In this document: positions 36,905 through 46,878 of the stretch, in pieces
Numbering within the stretch: position 1 is the stretch's first letter
Layout: each line of letters opens with the position of its first letter
Source: Candidatus Latescibacterota bacterium
Lineage (GTDB): Bacteria; Latescibacterota; UBA2968; GCA-2709665
Length of the DNA stretch: 64,000 nt
NCBI GenBank assembly: GCA_963667175.2
Contig: CAXXXF010000003.1
Location: 513,952-577,951, forward strand
Direction of reading: 5' to 3'
Notes under the pieces: generated by a model
Database searches by the model: none
What the model was told of the DNA's origin: nothing
Seen by the model: only the letters and a program-made list of their open reading frames with translations
Translations under genes and position numbers: made by a program

Positions 36905-39034
36905 CTAGCTAACGTCTGGGAGCAACTTATCCGCCTCTCTGTTCGCCGTGTCTGGCGCGTCGAACCAGTACTCCCTCAGCAGCGGTCGAATCTCGTATTC
37001 GATAACGTCGGCGTACCACTCCTTCCATCCGCCGGATGGACCGTCTGGCGGCGGGCAGAAGAACGAGTGCCCAACGGCGTAGTTGTGGTCCAATGACGGG
37101 TCTTTAGCGATCGTCGTGTTCAACGCTTGCATTTTGGCGTTGATGTCATCTTGCATCGCCGACGGCATCATGGTCTTGTCGCGCAGCCAATCCGTGAACA
37201 CCTTTTTGCCGAACTGCGGCTCCAAGTCTACGAAACCGAACCGACGCCGCATCGCAACGTTCATGCCCGTCAGCGAACGGTCGGCGAGGTTCATCGTGCC
37301 GATGATGTAGACGTTCTCCGGCACGAAGAACGTGTCGAATTTCTCGGTGCGATGCTGCAACTTCACGCCGAACTCTGGCTTCCGTTTGTCCGCTTCAATC
37401 AGCATCAGCAACTCTCCGAAAACTCGGCTCAGATTGCCACGATTGATCTCGTCGATCAGCACGACATGCTTGTTTTCGGGGTCGTTTTGTGCCTTTTCGC
37501 ACACTTCCAAGAACGGACCATCTTTGGGTTCGAAAACCATCTGTCCGCTGTCCTCATCCACTGCGGGTCGGAATCCACCGACAAAATCCTCATACGAGTA
37601 CGCCTGATGAAACTGAACGCTCGTGATGCGCTGCTCAGTCCTCTCGCCCATCAACAGGTACGCCAACTTCCGACCGATGAACGTCTTGCCGACACCCGGC
37701 GGGCCCTGCAGGATCAGGTTCTTCTTCATCCGCAGGAGGCGCAACATGCTCTTGATTTTTTGCGTATTTAGGAAGACATCTTCTTTAATCATGGCTGTGA
37801 TGTCATACTCCGCCTTTTCACCGTTGCCGTCGTTCTTGACGGAGGCGTCATCCCGGATGATGCCGTTCGCACGCAACACGGTTTGCTGGACTTCATCAGA
37901 TACAATACGAACCGTTATTTGGGGCGGCAGCAAATGACTGGGTATGAGCAATTTCTGTTTGCTTGCGTCAGACCAACGTATCTTGCGGCTGTTTGTGTAA
38001 GGACTTTCCTTTTCGAGATATGGGCGAGAGATCACCATCCCGTGATGGGTTTGTTCGTCGCCCGGCATAACAACAAAGTCGCCTATTTGCACATTAAGCA
38101 CAAAGTCGTCCAACTGTGAGACGTTTTGCCCCACACTTTGAGCCGAATCATGCGGATGATGCTCCTGGTAGACCTTACGTAGTTCCCGTTTCGTACCAAT
38201 CGTAGACAAATCAACATGTTGCAAGTCGAACGCGATGCCGACTCTGTTTTGGACAAGAAATTCTTGAACAGCGTGCCGTTTCTGGCCACCCCGAACCATC
38301 CATACTTTCGGCAACGGCGAAGGGTCGTGGTCTCTCAAATAGACCTCGTCGTTGATTTCAAAAAATGGTCGAGGGTCAGCCCCCCGCGCCGAACGGAGCA
38401 AACGCAAGTAAGCATCGCCAGTGTCGGTGTCTTTCAACGTGTTAGGCTCGAAAATTCCGTTGATTGTCTCTCGTTGCAGGAAACGTTCTGGATTAATCCA
38501 GTAAAATGCCGAGGAAAGTTTACTTATCCTGACCCCTCTTACATCCAAACTTCGATCCACAAGATCGACGAACTTCGCGCTATCGAACCGATCTCCGAAT
38601 GGATTAGCATTTGATACAAATTCAAATGTATCCCAATGATGTTGAATCCGATCTGTGTAATCCATTTGTTCGTTCCAATTGAAAAATATTGAATTGTCAA
38701 ATCGCGCGTCCGGAACGTAATAGACTACGGACTTCAATCCGTCCTCTAATTCAAACCTGCGAGCCAAATCTAAAATCAATTCCGCGCGGTGACTCGAGCT
38801 CATTTTTGAGTTGAACGCCGCGAAAAACGTGAAAGGATCGATATGGTCCACCGGCAATTCCCTCAACGGTTTCGGGACCGGCAGACCGGCGGCACCCATC
38901 TCCTTCAGCATCCCCACCAACTCCGGCTGCCTTTCCCGCCACCCGTCCTCTATCAACGTTCGCGCCAACTCGCGGTAGAAGGGTATCCAGCTATGCTCTG
39001 GACGATTGACGTTCACTTCCCGCCGGGTTGACAT
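36905..39034 (-). CDS. mcrB: McrB-family AAA+ GTPase with two N-terminal specificity domains (start corrected to 39034)
   Basis: LQGPPGVGKT, VQFHQAYSYEDFV, DEINRGN...FGEL, GTMNLADRS, MRRRF; the ORF-track extension is antisense to the LLM gene. Confidence 0.9.
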   Translation of the reverse strand: MSTRREVNVNRPEHSWIPFYRELARTLIEDGWRERQPELVGMLKEMGAAGLPVPKPLRELPVDHIDPFTFFAAFNSKMSSSHRAELILDLARRFELEDGLKSVVYYVPDARFDNSIFFNWNEQMDYTDRIQHHWDTFEFVSNANPFGDRFDSAKFVDLVDRSLDVRGVRISKLSSAFYWINPERFLQRETINGIFEPNTLKDTDTGDAYLRLLRSARGADPRPFFEINDEVYLRDHDPSPLPKVWMVRGGQKRHAVQEFLVQNRVGIAFDLQHVDLSTIGTKRELRKVYQEHHPHDSAQSVGQNVSQLDDFVLNVQIGDFVVMPGDEQTHHGMVISRPYLEKESPYTNSRKIRWSDASKQKLLIPSHLLPPQITVRIVSDEVQQTVLRANGIIRDDASVKNDGNGEKAEYDITAMIKEDVFLNTQKIKSMLRLLRMKKNLILQGPPGVGKTFIGRKLAYLLMGERTEQRITSVQFHQAYSYEDFVGGFRPAVDEDSGQMVFEPKDGPFLEVCEKAQNDPENKHVVLIDEINRGNLSRVFGELLMLIEADKRKPEFGVKLQHRTEKFDTFFVPENVYIIGTMNLADRSLTGMNVAMRRRFGFVDLEPQFGKKVFTDWLRDKTMMPSAMQDDINAKMQALNTTIAKDPSLDHNYAVGHSFFCPPPDGPSGGWKEWYADVIEYEIRPLLREYWFDAPDTANREADKLLPDVS

Positions 39035-39110
39035 GCGTTGCCTCCTTGGTTGAACCTGCGTAGTGTGTAGTGTAGTGATGGCAGTGGCGATTGTACATCG
39101 TGGCGGTGGG

Positions 39111-39236
39111 GCCCCTTTGTCCTTCGGACATTTCCCCCCGAGCGGGGGCAACCTGATGGTGAGCTTCCTTGTGAGGGGGCTAAGGTATGTAAGTGTGCCT
39201 TGTGCTGCGTGGATTCCGGCTTTCGCCGGGATGACG
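39111..39236. repeat. CCCC-type repeat followed by a CGTC-type palindrome
   Basis: GCCCCTTTGTCCTTCGGACATTTCCCCC...GGGGGCAAC (also near 49691 and inverted near 54084-54130); TGGATTCCGGCTTTCGCCGGGATGACG at 39210-39236. Confidence 0.8.
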
Positions 39237-39262
39237 TGGGCTGTGCGATAATCCGTTGCATC

Positions 39263-40432
39263 ATGATCAAGAAATTCGGAGTTCTCTACGCTGGCTGTGT
39301 CGATATGGAGGATATCGGCTATGCCGGCACGCCTGCCAATGAGCGATGGTTGCCGGACGAGCAGCTGGCTACCGTGTTCGACAAGTCGGCCGCGTTCGCC
39401 ACGACGATGGACGAGCTGGGTTTCGACACGTTCTGGGGTGCGGAACACCACTTCCAGAGGGAGGGCTACGAGTGCATCCCGAACCTGCTGATGCTGTTCG
39501 TGCACCTGGCTCACCTGACGAAAGACCTGCGCTTCGGATGCGGTTTCAACATCAACCCGATGTGGCATCCGCTCCGGCTCGCCGAGGACTATGCGACCGC
39601 CGACATCCTGACCGACGGGCGGGTGCGGTTCGGCATCGGCAGGGGCTACCATTCCCGCGAGGTCGAAGTCTTTGGCAACCCGATCATCGATCAGGACGCC
39701 AACCGTGAACTCTTCGAGGAACAGGTCGGAGTGATGTACAAGGCGTTCAACGAGCGCGCCTTTTCGCACTATGGCAAGCACTACGACATCCCGCCGCCCG
39801 TCCCGTATCGCGGCTACGAACTCGAAGAGATAACGCTGGTGCCGCGTCCGAAATACCCCGTCGAGTGGTGGCAACCCGTCGTATCGGCGTCCGAACGCGG
39901 TCTCAACTTCATGGCGAAATATGGCATAAAGGGCATGATTGGCGGTGGCGCGGCACCCGGCGGCGCGTCGGACCAAGTCGTCCACAAGTGGCAAGAGGTC
40001 CAAGCCGAACATGGACGCGATCTCGAACTTGGCGGCGACCTCATAATTTCGTTCTCCGTCTATATCGCCGACAGCACCGAGCAGGCCGTCGAAGAGTCGC
40101 GGCTCTGGGCCGAGGAACGCGTCAAGATGTTCGGTCCGCTAGGCTTCGTGCGCGGACTCTCTGACGCGCAGATCGCGGCGATCAACTCGAACGACCCCGC
40201 GCAACTGCTCTCAGCCGACTTGCCCACAATCGACGGCGACGTCAACGGCGGTGGATTCTTCGCCGGACCGGCCGACCTCGTCACCGAGAAGCTCCTCGAA
40301 GTGCAAGAGCGCTACCCCGGCCTCGAGGAGGTCAACATCGGCATCACCGGCATGGGCATGCCTGAGGCTGCCACTCTCGAACAGATGCACCGCTTCGCCG
40401 AAGGGGTCATGCCGCATTTCAACGGTGCTTAA
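39263..40432 (+). CDS. LLM-class flavin-dependent oxidoreductase
   Basis: W.AEHHF, WHPLRLAEDYATADILT.GR..FGIGRGY, RFAEGVMPHF. Confidence 0.9.
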   Translation: MIKKFGVLYAGCVDMEDIGYAGTPANERWLPDEQLATVFDKSAAFATTMDELGFDTFWGAEHHFQREGYECIPNLLMLFVHLAHLTKDLRFGCGFNINPMWHPLRLAEDYATADILTDGRVRFGIGRGYHSREVEVFGNPIIDQDANRELFEEQVGVMYKAFNERAFSHYGKHYDIPPPVPYRGYELEEITLVPRPKYPVEWWQPVVSASERGLNFMAKYGIKGMIGGGAAPGGASDQVVHKWQEVQAEHGRDLELGGDLIISFSVYIADSTEQAVEESRLWAEERVKMFGPLGFVRGLSDAQIAAINSNDPAQLLSADLPTIDGDVNGGGFFAGPADLVTEKLLEVQERYPGLEEVNIGITGMGMPEAATLEQMHRFAEGVMPHFNGA

Positions 40433-40500
40433 TCAGTGCGTGCGTGATATCATCGCAGTCATCAAAGTCTGACGAATTTTCGATTCTTGGAGGTGGCACC

Positions 40501-40881
40501 ATGGCAAGCATCACCGTCCGCGATCTCGATGAAAAAACCGAGCGGCAACTGCGGACCCAAGCCGCCGAAAATGGTCGCTCAATAGAAGAGGAAGCACGCG
40601 TAATCCTGTGTGCCGCGGTTACTCGCACCGAACATCCGTCAAACGACTTGGCGCATGAGCAAAACGGCAGCGCCGATCACCCGCTACCCGAACGCGCCTC
40701 GGCAGGTGAGCAGCCCCAGTACAAGAGCGATCTCGTGCGACGCATCCGCGCGATCGTTGATCCCGTAGGTGGAATCGACGTTCAATTGCCAGAACGATCA
40801 AGGAATCGACCGATTCCATTCCTCGGTTGGGAAGACGAGGAAGACGAGATCGATGATTCTAGACGCAAACGTAATGTCTGA
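40501..40881 (+). CDS. FitA-like ribbon-helix-helix antitoxin
   Basis: MASITVRDLD....LR.QAAENGRSIEEEAR.IL; GGAGG Shine-Dalgarno. Confidence 0.8.
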   Translation: MASITVRDLDEKTERQLRTQAAENGRSIEEEARVILCAAVTRTEHPSNDLAHEQNGSADHPLPERASAGEQPQYKSDLVRRIRAIVDPVGGIDVQLPERSRNRPIPFLGWEDEEDEIDDSRRKRNV

Positions 40882-40977
40882 AGTGGTCGCGCCGTCGCCT
40901 CCATCGCAACTCGCAACGTGCGCCACTTTGTAGGGTACGATGTCGAAATCATCAATCCTTGGGAATACGCGCTATGA
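40853..40977 (+). pseudogene. Internally deleted FitB/VapC PIN toxin remnant
   Basis: MILDANVMSEVVAPSP (PIN N-terminus) joined out of frame to IATRNVRHF..YDVEIINPW (PIN C-terminus). Confidence 0.75.
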
Positions 40978-42254
40978 AGATAACTGACATCCGCACTCGC
41001 AACATCTGCATCCCGCTTTCCACGCTCGGCGAGTATGAGCCGGTTACGATGTGGTACGGTTCGCGGTTCGCCGCCATCAAGACAATCATCTTCATCGACA
41101 CTGACGAGGGAATCACCGGGCTCGGCGAAACCAGCATCGGCGCCGGCGGCGATCAACGGCTCTTTGAGCAGATCAAGTCCCGACTCGTCGGCCGCGACCC
41201 GCATGACATCAACTCCATCGAGCGTGGCATGAACCTGACCGGGCAGGTTACGACCAAGATCGGACACCTGCTTGACACCAGCGCATCGTCGGCGCTTAAC
41301 ATCACCGGCTCCATCGACCAGGCGCTTTGGGACATCGTAGGCAAAGCCGCCAACCAACCGATCTACAACCTCATCGGCGGCAAGTACCGAGACCGCGTCG
41401 AGGCGCGCTACTGGATGGGTGCCAAACCGCCCGACAAGGTTGCTGACGAAGTGAAACGCGCCGTCGCGCTCGGTTTCAAGTCGTTCAAGATCAAGATCGG
41501 TTTGAATCCCGAATTCGACATCGAATGCGCCGCCGCCGCCCGCGAAGCCGCCGGGCCGCGCATCGAACTTGGCTACGACTGCAACGGTTCGTACTCGCAA
41601 CTGGAAGCGGTCCGAATGCTCCGAAAGATGGAGCCCTACGATCCCTCGCACGTCGAAGAACCGGTCGATTCATCGAGTGTCCGCGCCCTCGCCGAGGTCA
41701 GTCGGCACACCGACATCCCCATTCTCTGCGACGGTCCGGCGCGCACGACGAAAGAGCAGATCCTCGAACTCATCATTCAGCGCGCCTGCGACGCCATCCA
41801 CCTCGACGTCGTGATCAACGGCGGTTTTCTCGAAACGCAACGCTGCGCCGCCATCGCCGAAGCCGGCGGACTCAAGGTGTCGTGCCACTCGTCGCCCGGC
41901 GAGACCGGCATCGCCACCGCCGCACAGCTGCACCTCGTGACTGCGACTCCCAACTTCATCTGGCCCGTCGACTCCGCCTACACCAAATTACTACCGCCGT
42001 CCGAAGACATAATCTCCGAACCCTTCACCTATGACGACGGCGCGCTCACCCCGCCGTCCGGCCCCGGTCTCGGAGTTGAAATCGACGAGGACGCCATCTC
42101 CCGCGCCGAAGAACGCTACGCCACCGAACTCCCCAAATGGCGCCACCGCTTCGCCCCCGACCCCACCGTCCCATCCCGCCAACAGTACTACTTCTTCGAC
42201 TACCCCAGCAAGCGCGGCCATAACGACGGCGAGTGGCGTAGAATGTTTGAGTAG
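40974..42254 (+). CDS. Mandelate racemase/muconate lactonizing enzyme family
   Basis: TDEGITGLGE, DQALWD..GK....PIY.L.GG, KIKIG, DCN, EEP, GPGLGVE. Confidence 0.9.
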   Translation: MKITDIRTRNICIPLSTLGEYEPVTMWYGSRFAAIKTIIFIDTDEGITGLGETSIGAGGDQRLFEQIKSRLVGRDPHDINSIERGMNLTGQVTTKIGHLLDTSASSALNITGSIDQALWDIVGKAANQPIYNLIGGKYRDRVEARYWMGAKPPDKVADEVKRAVALGFKSFKIKIGLNPEFDIECAAAAREAAGPRIELGYDCNGSYSQLEAVRMLRKMEPYDPSHVEEPVDSSSVRALAEVSRHTDIPILCDGPARTTKEQILELIIQRACDAIHLDVVINGGFLETQRCAAIAEAGGLKVSCHSSPGETGIATAAQLHLVTATPNFIWPVDSAYTKLLPPSEDIISEPFTYDDGALTPPSGPGLGVEIDEDAISRAEERYATELPKWRHRFAPDPTVPSRQQYYFFDYPSKRGHNDGEWRRMFE

Positions 42255-42289
42255 CCCCTCAAGTTCGTAAAGCACAAAAGGTTTAAGAC

Positions 42290-44047
42290 ATGTCTTTCGA
42301 AAGACCTATCACGATCAAGGAAGCATTGAATCAAATCGACCGGCGAACCTACGTCTTGCCTGCGATCCAAAGAGAGTTCGTTTGGCGTTCCTCCCAGATC
42401 GAACGCCTATTTGACAGCCTAATGCGCGGGTATCCGATCGGCTCGTTCCTTTATTGGAAGGTTCGCCGCGAAAAAGTCGAAGACTATCGTTTCTACGAAT
42501 TTATATACGACTACGACCAACGCGCACCCAGAAACAATCCGATCAATCCCAACAACATCACCTCAGACATCACAGCGATCTTGGACGGACAACAACGACT
42601 CACTGCGTTAAACATCGGTATACGAGGAAGCTACGCAAGTAAGCTTCCTAGACTGTGGTGGAACAATCCGGACGCATTCCCCAAGAAAAAACTTTACATC
42701 GATCTTTTCCGCATCCCCGACGAAGACGAAGACGGCAATTCGTATTCATTCCGGTTTTTGACCAAAATGGAAGTTGAACGTTCAGGTGAAGATGCCCATT
42801 GGTATCGTATCAACGACATCTTAGGCGTCGCCGATGCTACTGACATCGTCGACGTTGTCCACGATCGCGGCATCGGGCATTCAAAGGACGCCCACAAAAC
42901 TCTATTGCGTTTGCATAATCTGATTTATAGCGATGGCGTGATCTCAAGATACGAGGAAGACTCGCAAGACTTGCATAAAGTGGTCAATATCTTCGTGCGT
43001 GTGAACAGTGGTGGTACTATTCTCTCATATTCAGACATTTTGATGAGCATGGCGACGGCGCAGTGGGACGAACTCGATGCCCGCTCCGAAATATACGGTT
43101 TGGTCGACCAGGTCAACGAAATCGGCAACGGGTTCGCATTCGACAAAGATTGGGTACTCAAGGCGGCGTTGGTTCTGAGTGATGTCTCCGATGTCGGGTT
43201 CAAAGTTTCCAACTTCAATTCAGATAACATGAAACGACTTCAACAAAATTGGGAGGGTATCAAACGTACTCTGCGTATGACGGTACGATTCTTGGCGCGG
43301 TACGGATTCTCACGGTCAACGCTCACCGCGACGAACGCGGCTATGCCGATCGCGTACTATATCCACCAACGCAAGCTTGGTGACGAACTGATCAGTAGTC
43401 ATCACTGCGCCTCAGATCGAGAAAATATCAGATTGTGGTTGACTCGTTCTTTGTTGAAACGCGGATTCTGGGGAGCCGGCGTGGACTCGTTGCTTGTGTC
43501 ACTGAGGTCGACTATTCGTGAACATGGCGGAACGCAATTTCCGATTGTCGCACTATACGACATGTTGCGCGGTCGAGGGCGGTCCCTCTCCTTCGACGAA
43601 GAAGAATTGGAAGATTTGATCGAAAACAACCGGCGAGCGTACTTGCTCCTTTCCCTTCTCTTCCCCTCAAGCCTGACAAGAGAATCCGACGTCCACATTG
43701 ACCACGTCTTTCCCAGGTCTCGATTCACTCGGACGAGGCTCACGAAAGCTGGGGTGCCCGATGATGAAGTCGAACGCTCTATCGAAAACTCAAACCGGTT
43801 GCCGAACATGCAACTTCTGAACGAAAAGGAAAACACAGAGAAGTCCGACCGAATGCCTTGGGAGTGGATCGACAAGTTCTACGCGACGGCAGAAGCCCAA
43901 GAAAGCGTTGCCAAGGCCCATGATTTAGGGGTCTTGCCGCAGGATATTGCCGAGTTCAACGATTGGTACGAATCCCGGCGGGAACGGATATTAGTAAGTT
44001 TACGAGAGATTCTCGGAGTAACAACATCGGCTAACGATGCGGGGTAG
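42290..44047 (+). CDS. GmrSD-type (DUF262 plus DUF1524) type IV restriction endonuclease
   Basis: LPAIQREFVW, LFDSL.RGYPIGSFL.W, LDGQQRLT, IFVRVNSGG, DHVFP, N..LL...EN..KS. Confidence 0.88.
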   Translation: MSFERPITIKEALNQIDRRTYVLPAIQREFVWRSSQIERLFDSLMRGYPIGSFLYWKVRREKVEDYRFYEFIYDYDQRAPRNNPINPNNITSDITAILDGQQRLTALNIGIRGSYASKLPRLWWNNPDAFPKKKLYIDLFRIPDEDEDGNSYSFRFLTKMEVERSGEDAHWYRINDILGVADATDIVDVVHDRGIGHSKDAHKTLLRLHNLIYSDGVISRYEEDSQDLHKVVNIFVRVNSGGTILSYSDILMSMATAQWDELDARSEIYGLVDQVNEIGNGFAFDKDWVLKAALVLSDVSDVGFKVSNFNSDNMKRLQQNWEGIKRTLRMTVRFLARYGFSRSTLTATNAAMPIAYYIHQRKLGDELISSHHCASDRENIRLWLTRSLLKRGFWGAGVDSLLVSLRSTIREHGGTQFPIVALYDMLRGRGRSLSFDEEELEDLIENNRRAYLLLSLLFPSSLTRESDVHIDHVFPRSRFTRTRLTKAGVPDDEVERSIENSNRLPNMQLLNEKENTEKSDRMPWEWIDKFYATAEAQESVAKAHDLGVLPQDIAEFNDWYESRRERILVSLREILGVTTSANDAG

Positions 44048-44070
44048 TTGCTGGCGTGACCGGTAGACGG

Positions 44071-44307
44071 TCAGTCCGGATTGCGCTGCGGTACGGCGTT
44101 ATCCGGGTTTGTGGACGTGTGATCGGACTGTTGCCCGTTGCCGTACCACGCCTCGTAGAGGTCCGGTAGAACTTCCTTGAGGGGTCGCGCCTCGCGGAAC
44201 CACTCCGCATCTAGTTCGAAGGTGTCGGGGTCCTCGGCGATCGCCGCGCGGATGGCGGCATCTTCCTCAGGGGTTGGAAGTATGACTTTGCGCTTTGTCT
44301 TGGCCAT
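44071..44307 (-). CDS. BrnA-like antitoxin, truncated and apparently orphan
   Basis: PTPEEDAAIRAAIAEDPD..EL..EWFREARP; the C-terminal DNA-binding part is missing. Confidence 0.6.
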   Translation of the reverse strand: MAKTKRKVILPTPEEDAAIRAAIAEDPDTFELDAEWFREARPLKEVLPDLYEAWYGNGQQSDHTSTNPDNAVPQRNPD

Positions 44308-44414
44308 GGTCGAGCAACTCCGATTGGTTCGCCCTTGCCGTACCGATTGTACGTGTTCGTCCACGTCGAAAGAATCTCGTCACCTTATACATCGATATCT
44401 ACTGCCCCCTCAAC

Positions 44415-44954
44415 TCACCGCTCCCAAAGCTGGCGCCGGCGGGTCATTCTTGCCCGCGTGATGCGAAGCAAGAGGTCGGCGACAATAAGAGACAAGAACG
44501 CTGGTCCGCTGATCGCGCCGGAAAGGTCGATGATGGTCGCCAACCAGTTTAGCCAGACGACGATGACCATCGCTTCGACTACGTGGATCGCCGTCGAAAC
44601 TCGGTTGACTTTGGGAGCATCGACGTAATCCAAGCTCTCGGACTTTCGGGCGATGGTGAAGCTGACGAAGACGCCGAAACCCAACGTAGAAAGCGCGCAG
44701 ACCGTGCCGATCACGAACAACGGCAACGGGAATTCTGGTCCGATCCAGATCCGAAACGCCGACACCATTCCCATCACAACCACGAGCGCGAACGGCAACG
44801 CGAACACCTGCATGTCAGACAGATAGCCGCCGCCAGACGCCGCGCTGACTTCTGCCGCGTGCCGCCCCGACGATTCGCGGATGTCGCTGACTCGTCGAGT
44901 TTCACGGCCCGCACTCGGTCGCACGTAGGGCCGTTGAGGTTGTTGCGAACTCAA
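44415..44954 (-). CDS. Hypothetical membrane protein (about 4 TM)
   Basis: Fills an intergenic gap; four hydrophobic segments. Confidence 0.55.
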   Translation of the reverse strand: MSSQQPQRPYVRPSAGRETRRVSDIRESSGRHAAEVSAASGGGYLSDMQVFALPFALVVVMGMVSAFRIWIGPEFPLPLFVIGTVCALSTLGFGVFVSFTIARKSESLDYVDAPKVNRVSTAIHVVEAMVIVVWLNWLATIIDLSGAISGPAFLSLIVADLLLRITRARMTRRRQLWER

Positions 44955-45054
44955 TGGATGGTGGTCCTTAGATCAAAAGGGGGATTGATACGCGGGCAAT
45001 CGTCGCGGCACTTTGCATGACATTAGCCTATCAGAGTGCTGTTTTGTCGGATAA

Positions 45055-46413
45055 TTGGCAACACGAGCGATTTATGCGAAGGACATCAGCGTGAAAGCAG
45101 AGTCGGAAATTCTAAAGCTTGGACTTTTCAGCCCGCGTCGGCAAGGAGTGCAACTGAACCTTGGCCTCTTCGCCGGAACTCTGCTCACCCTGCTATTCAC
45201 GGTACTGGCATTCTTCGCCTTCCGCGATGTCGGCACTGATAACAGCGGTTTCGCAACGTGGCGCAACATTCTGCTCGTCGTCGGAATCCTCGCCACCATA
45301 GTCGGAATTCTCACAATCATCAGAGCACTTACGACCGGCGTACGAGCGGTCGCGATGGAGGTTTGGATACGGCGCATGGGACAAGGCGATTTGGAATACA
45401 AAGTGGAGTTGGACGGACAGGACGAGATCACCGCAATCGCCGAATCGCTCGAGGAACTTCGGCAACGGTCAATAAGGGTGGTCCGCTTGAACCTCGTCGA
45501 GAAACTCGCTCGGGACCTCGAATCCAAGAACGCCGAACTCGAAGACGTCCTTGATCAACTACGCAACGCTCAAGACCAGATCGTGATGCGTCAGAAGCTC
45601 TCCGAACTCGGCGAACTCGCTGCCGGCGTCGCCCACGAAATCAAGAATCCGCTCAACTTCGTCCGCAACTTTGCCGAGGCTACCGACGAACTGATCGTCG
45701 ATATGAGAGATTCAATCCAACACCTCGATGAAGGAGAACGCGCTGAAATAGCCGGGATGGTTGACGACATCGCCGAGAATCTAGCGCGCATCAAAACGCA
45801 TGCTGAGCGTGCCGATCGCATCGTCAACGACATGCTCAACCTCGGTGGACACGGCGGCAATTTCGAACCGACCAATCTGAACAGCCTCGTCAGCGACTCT
45901 GCGGCTCTGGCGTATCACGGTTCGAGAACCATGCATCCCGATCTCGAGTTGATGATCGAAGAAGCCCTGGCACCGGACGTCGGCGAAGTCTCCATCATCG
46001 CCGAAGATATCGGCAGGGTCGTTCTGAACATCGTCAACAACTCCTGCTACGCGACAGACCAGAAGCGATCGACGATGACAGCGCCCTACACGCCGACGGT
46101 CTCGCTACGTACCGAACGAAAAGTCGACGCATTCGAAATCCGAGTCCGAGACAACGGAACCGGCATCGAACCGGACATCATCGGCAAAATCTTCAATCCG
46201 TTCTTCACGACCAAGCCGTCGGACAAAGGCACCGGGCTGGGCCTCAGCATTGCCAACGACATCGTCAGAGAACACGGCGGATCAATCGTGCCCGAATCTC
46301 AACCCGGCGAGTTTACGGAGATGGTCGTGTCGATCCCCATACGAGGTTCTGACGGTACTGGCGCCGGACCAGATAACGACGATGAAGGCGGGCACGATTT
46401 CGGATCGGCGTAA
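45055..46413 (+). CDS. Sensor histidine kinase (2 TM, HAMP), no adjacent response regulator
   Basis: AGVAHEIKNPL, LNIVNN, DNGTGI, FNPFFTTK, GTGLGL. Confidence 0.9.
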   Translation: MATRAIYAKDISVKAESEILKLGLFSPRRQGVQLNLGLFAGTLLTLLFTVLAFFAFRDVGTDNSGFATWRNILLVVGILATIVGILTIIRALTTGVRAVAMEVWIRRMGQGDLEYKVELDGQDEITAIAESLEELRQRSIRVVRLNLVEKLARDLESKNAELEDVLDQLRNAQDQIVMRQKLSELGELAAGVAHEIKNPLNFVRNFAEATDELIVDMRDSIQHLDEGERAEIAGMVDDIAENLARIKTHAERADRIVNDMLNLGGHGGNFEPTNLNSLVSDSAALAYHGSRTMHPDLELMIEEALAPDVGEVSIIAEDIGRVVLNIVNNSCYATDQKRSTMTAPYTPTVSLRTERKVDAFEIRVRDNGTGIEPDIIGKIFNPFFTTKPSDKGTGLGLSIANDIVREHGGSIVPESQPGEFTEMVVSIPIRGSDGTGAGPDNDDEGGHDFGSA

Positions 46414-46434
46414 TCCGCCTAGCTCGACGCCTCA

Positions 46435-46878
46435 TTAACACGGTTCGCCGGCGGTGATCCCCTCGGCGCGCTGCAAGTCGCGAACGTGGCAGATGATGGC
46501 GTCGATCTCCTCCGGCGCGACGTTGGGAATCGCCGGCATGTCGCCGAAGTTCCAGTGATGGGCCGGCACGCCGTTGTTCACCGCGCTGTGGAACGAAAAG
46601 TTGGGATGATGCCCGATCTCGTAGAGGATATGGACAAGAGGCGGTCCGGTTTGAGTGCCGTTTGCGGTTTCGCCATGACACACTGCGCAGCGGTTAGCGA
46701 ACGAATCTTCGCCATCGTAAACCTTCACTGCGCCTTTGGGTTCGACGTTGGTCTCCGCCACCGAACCGGCATCATCGTCGTTCGACCCGCAACCGGCGAT
46801 CAGCGCGATGATCACAGCAATCCATACACACCCAAGCAAACGGGCGGTCCGGTTTTTCGTCAAGCGGCTAAGTTTCAC
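46435..46878 (-). CDS. Cytochrome c lipoprotein
   Basis: IAGC lipobox; CAVCH; HHW.FGDMP. Confidence 0.85.
   Translation of the reverse strand: MKLSRLTKNRTARLLGCVWIAVIIALIAGCGSNDDDAGSVAETNVEPKGAVKVYDGEDSFANRCAVCHGETANGTQTGPPLVHILYEIGHHPNFSFHSAVNNGVPAHHWNFGDMPAIPNVAPEEIDAIICHVRDLQRAEGITAGEPC

Noticed and set aside
39035-40012. 1035-aa McrB fusion in the ORF track
   Set aside because: The extension is antisense to the LLM gene and crosses intergenic repeats
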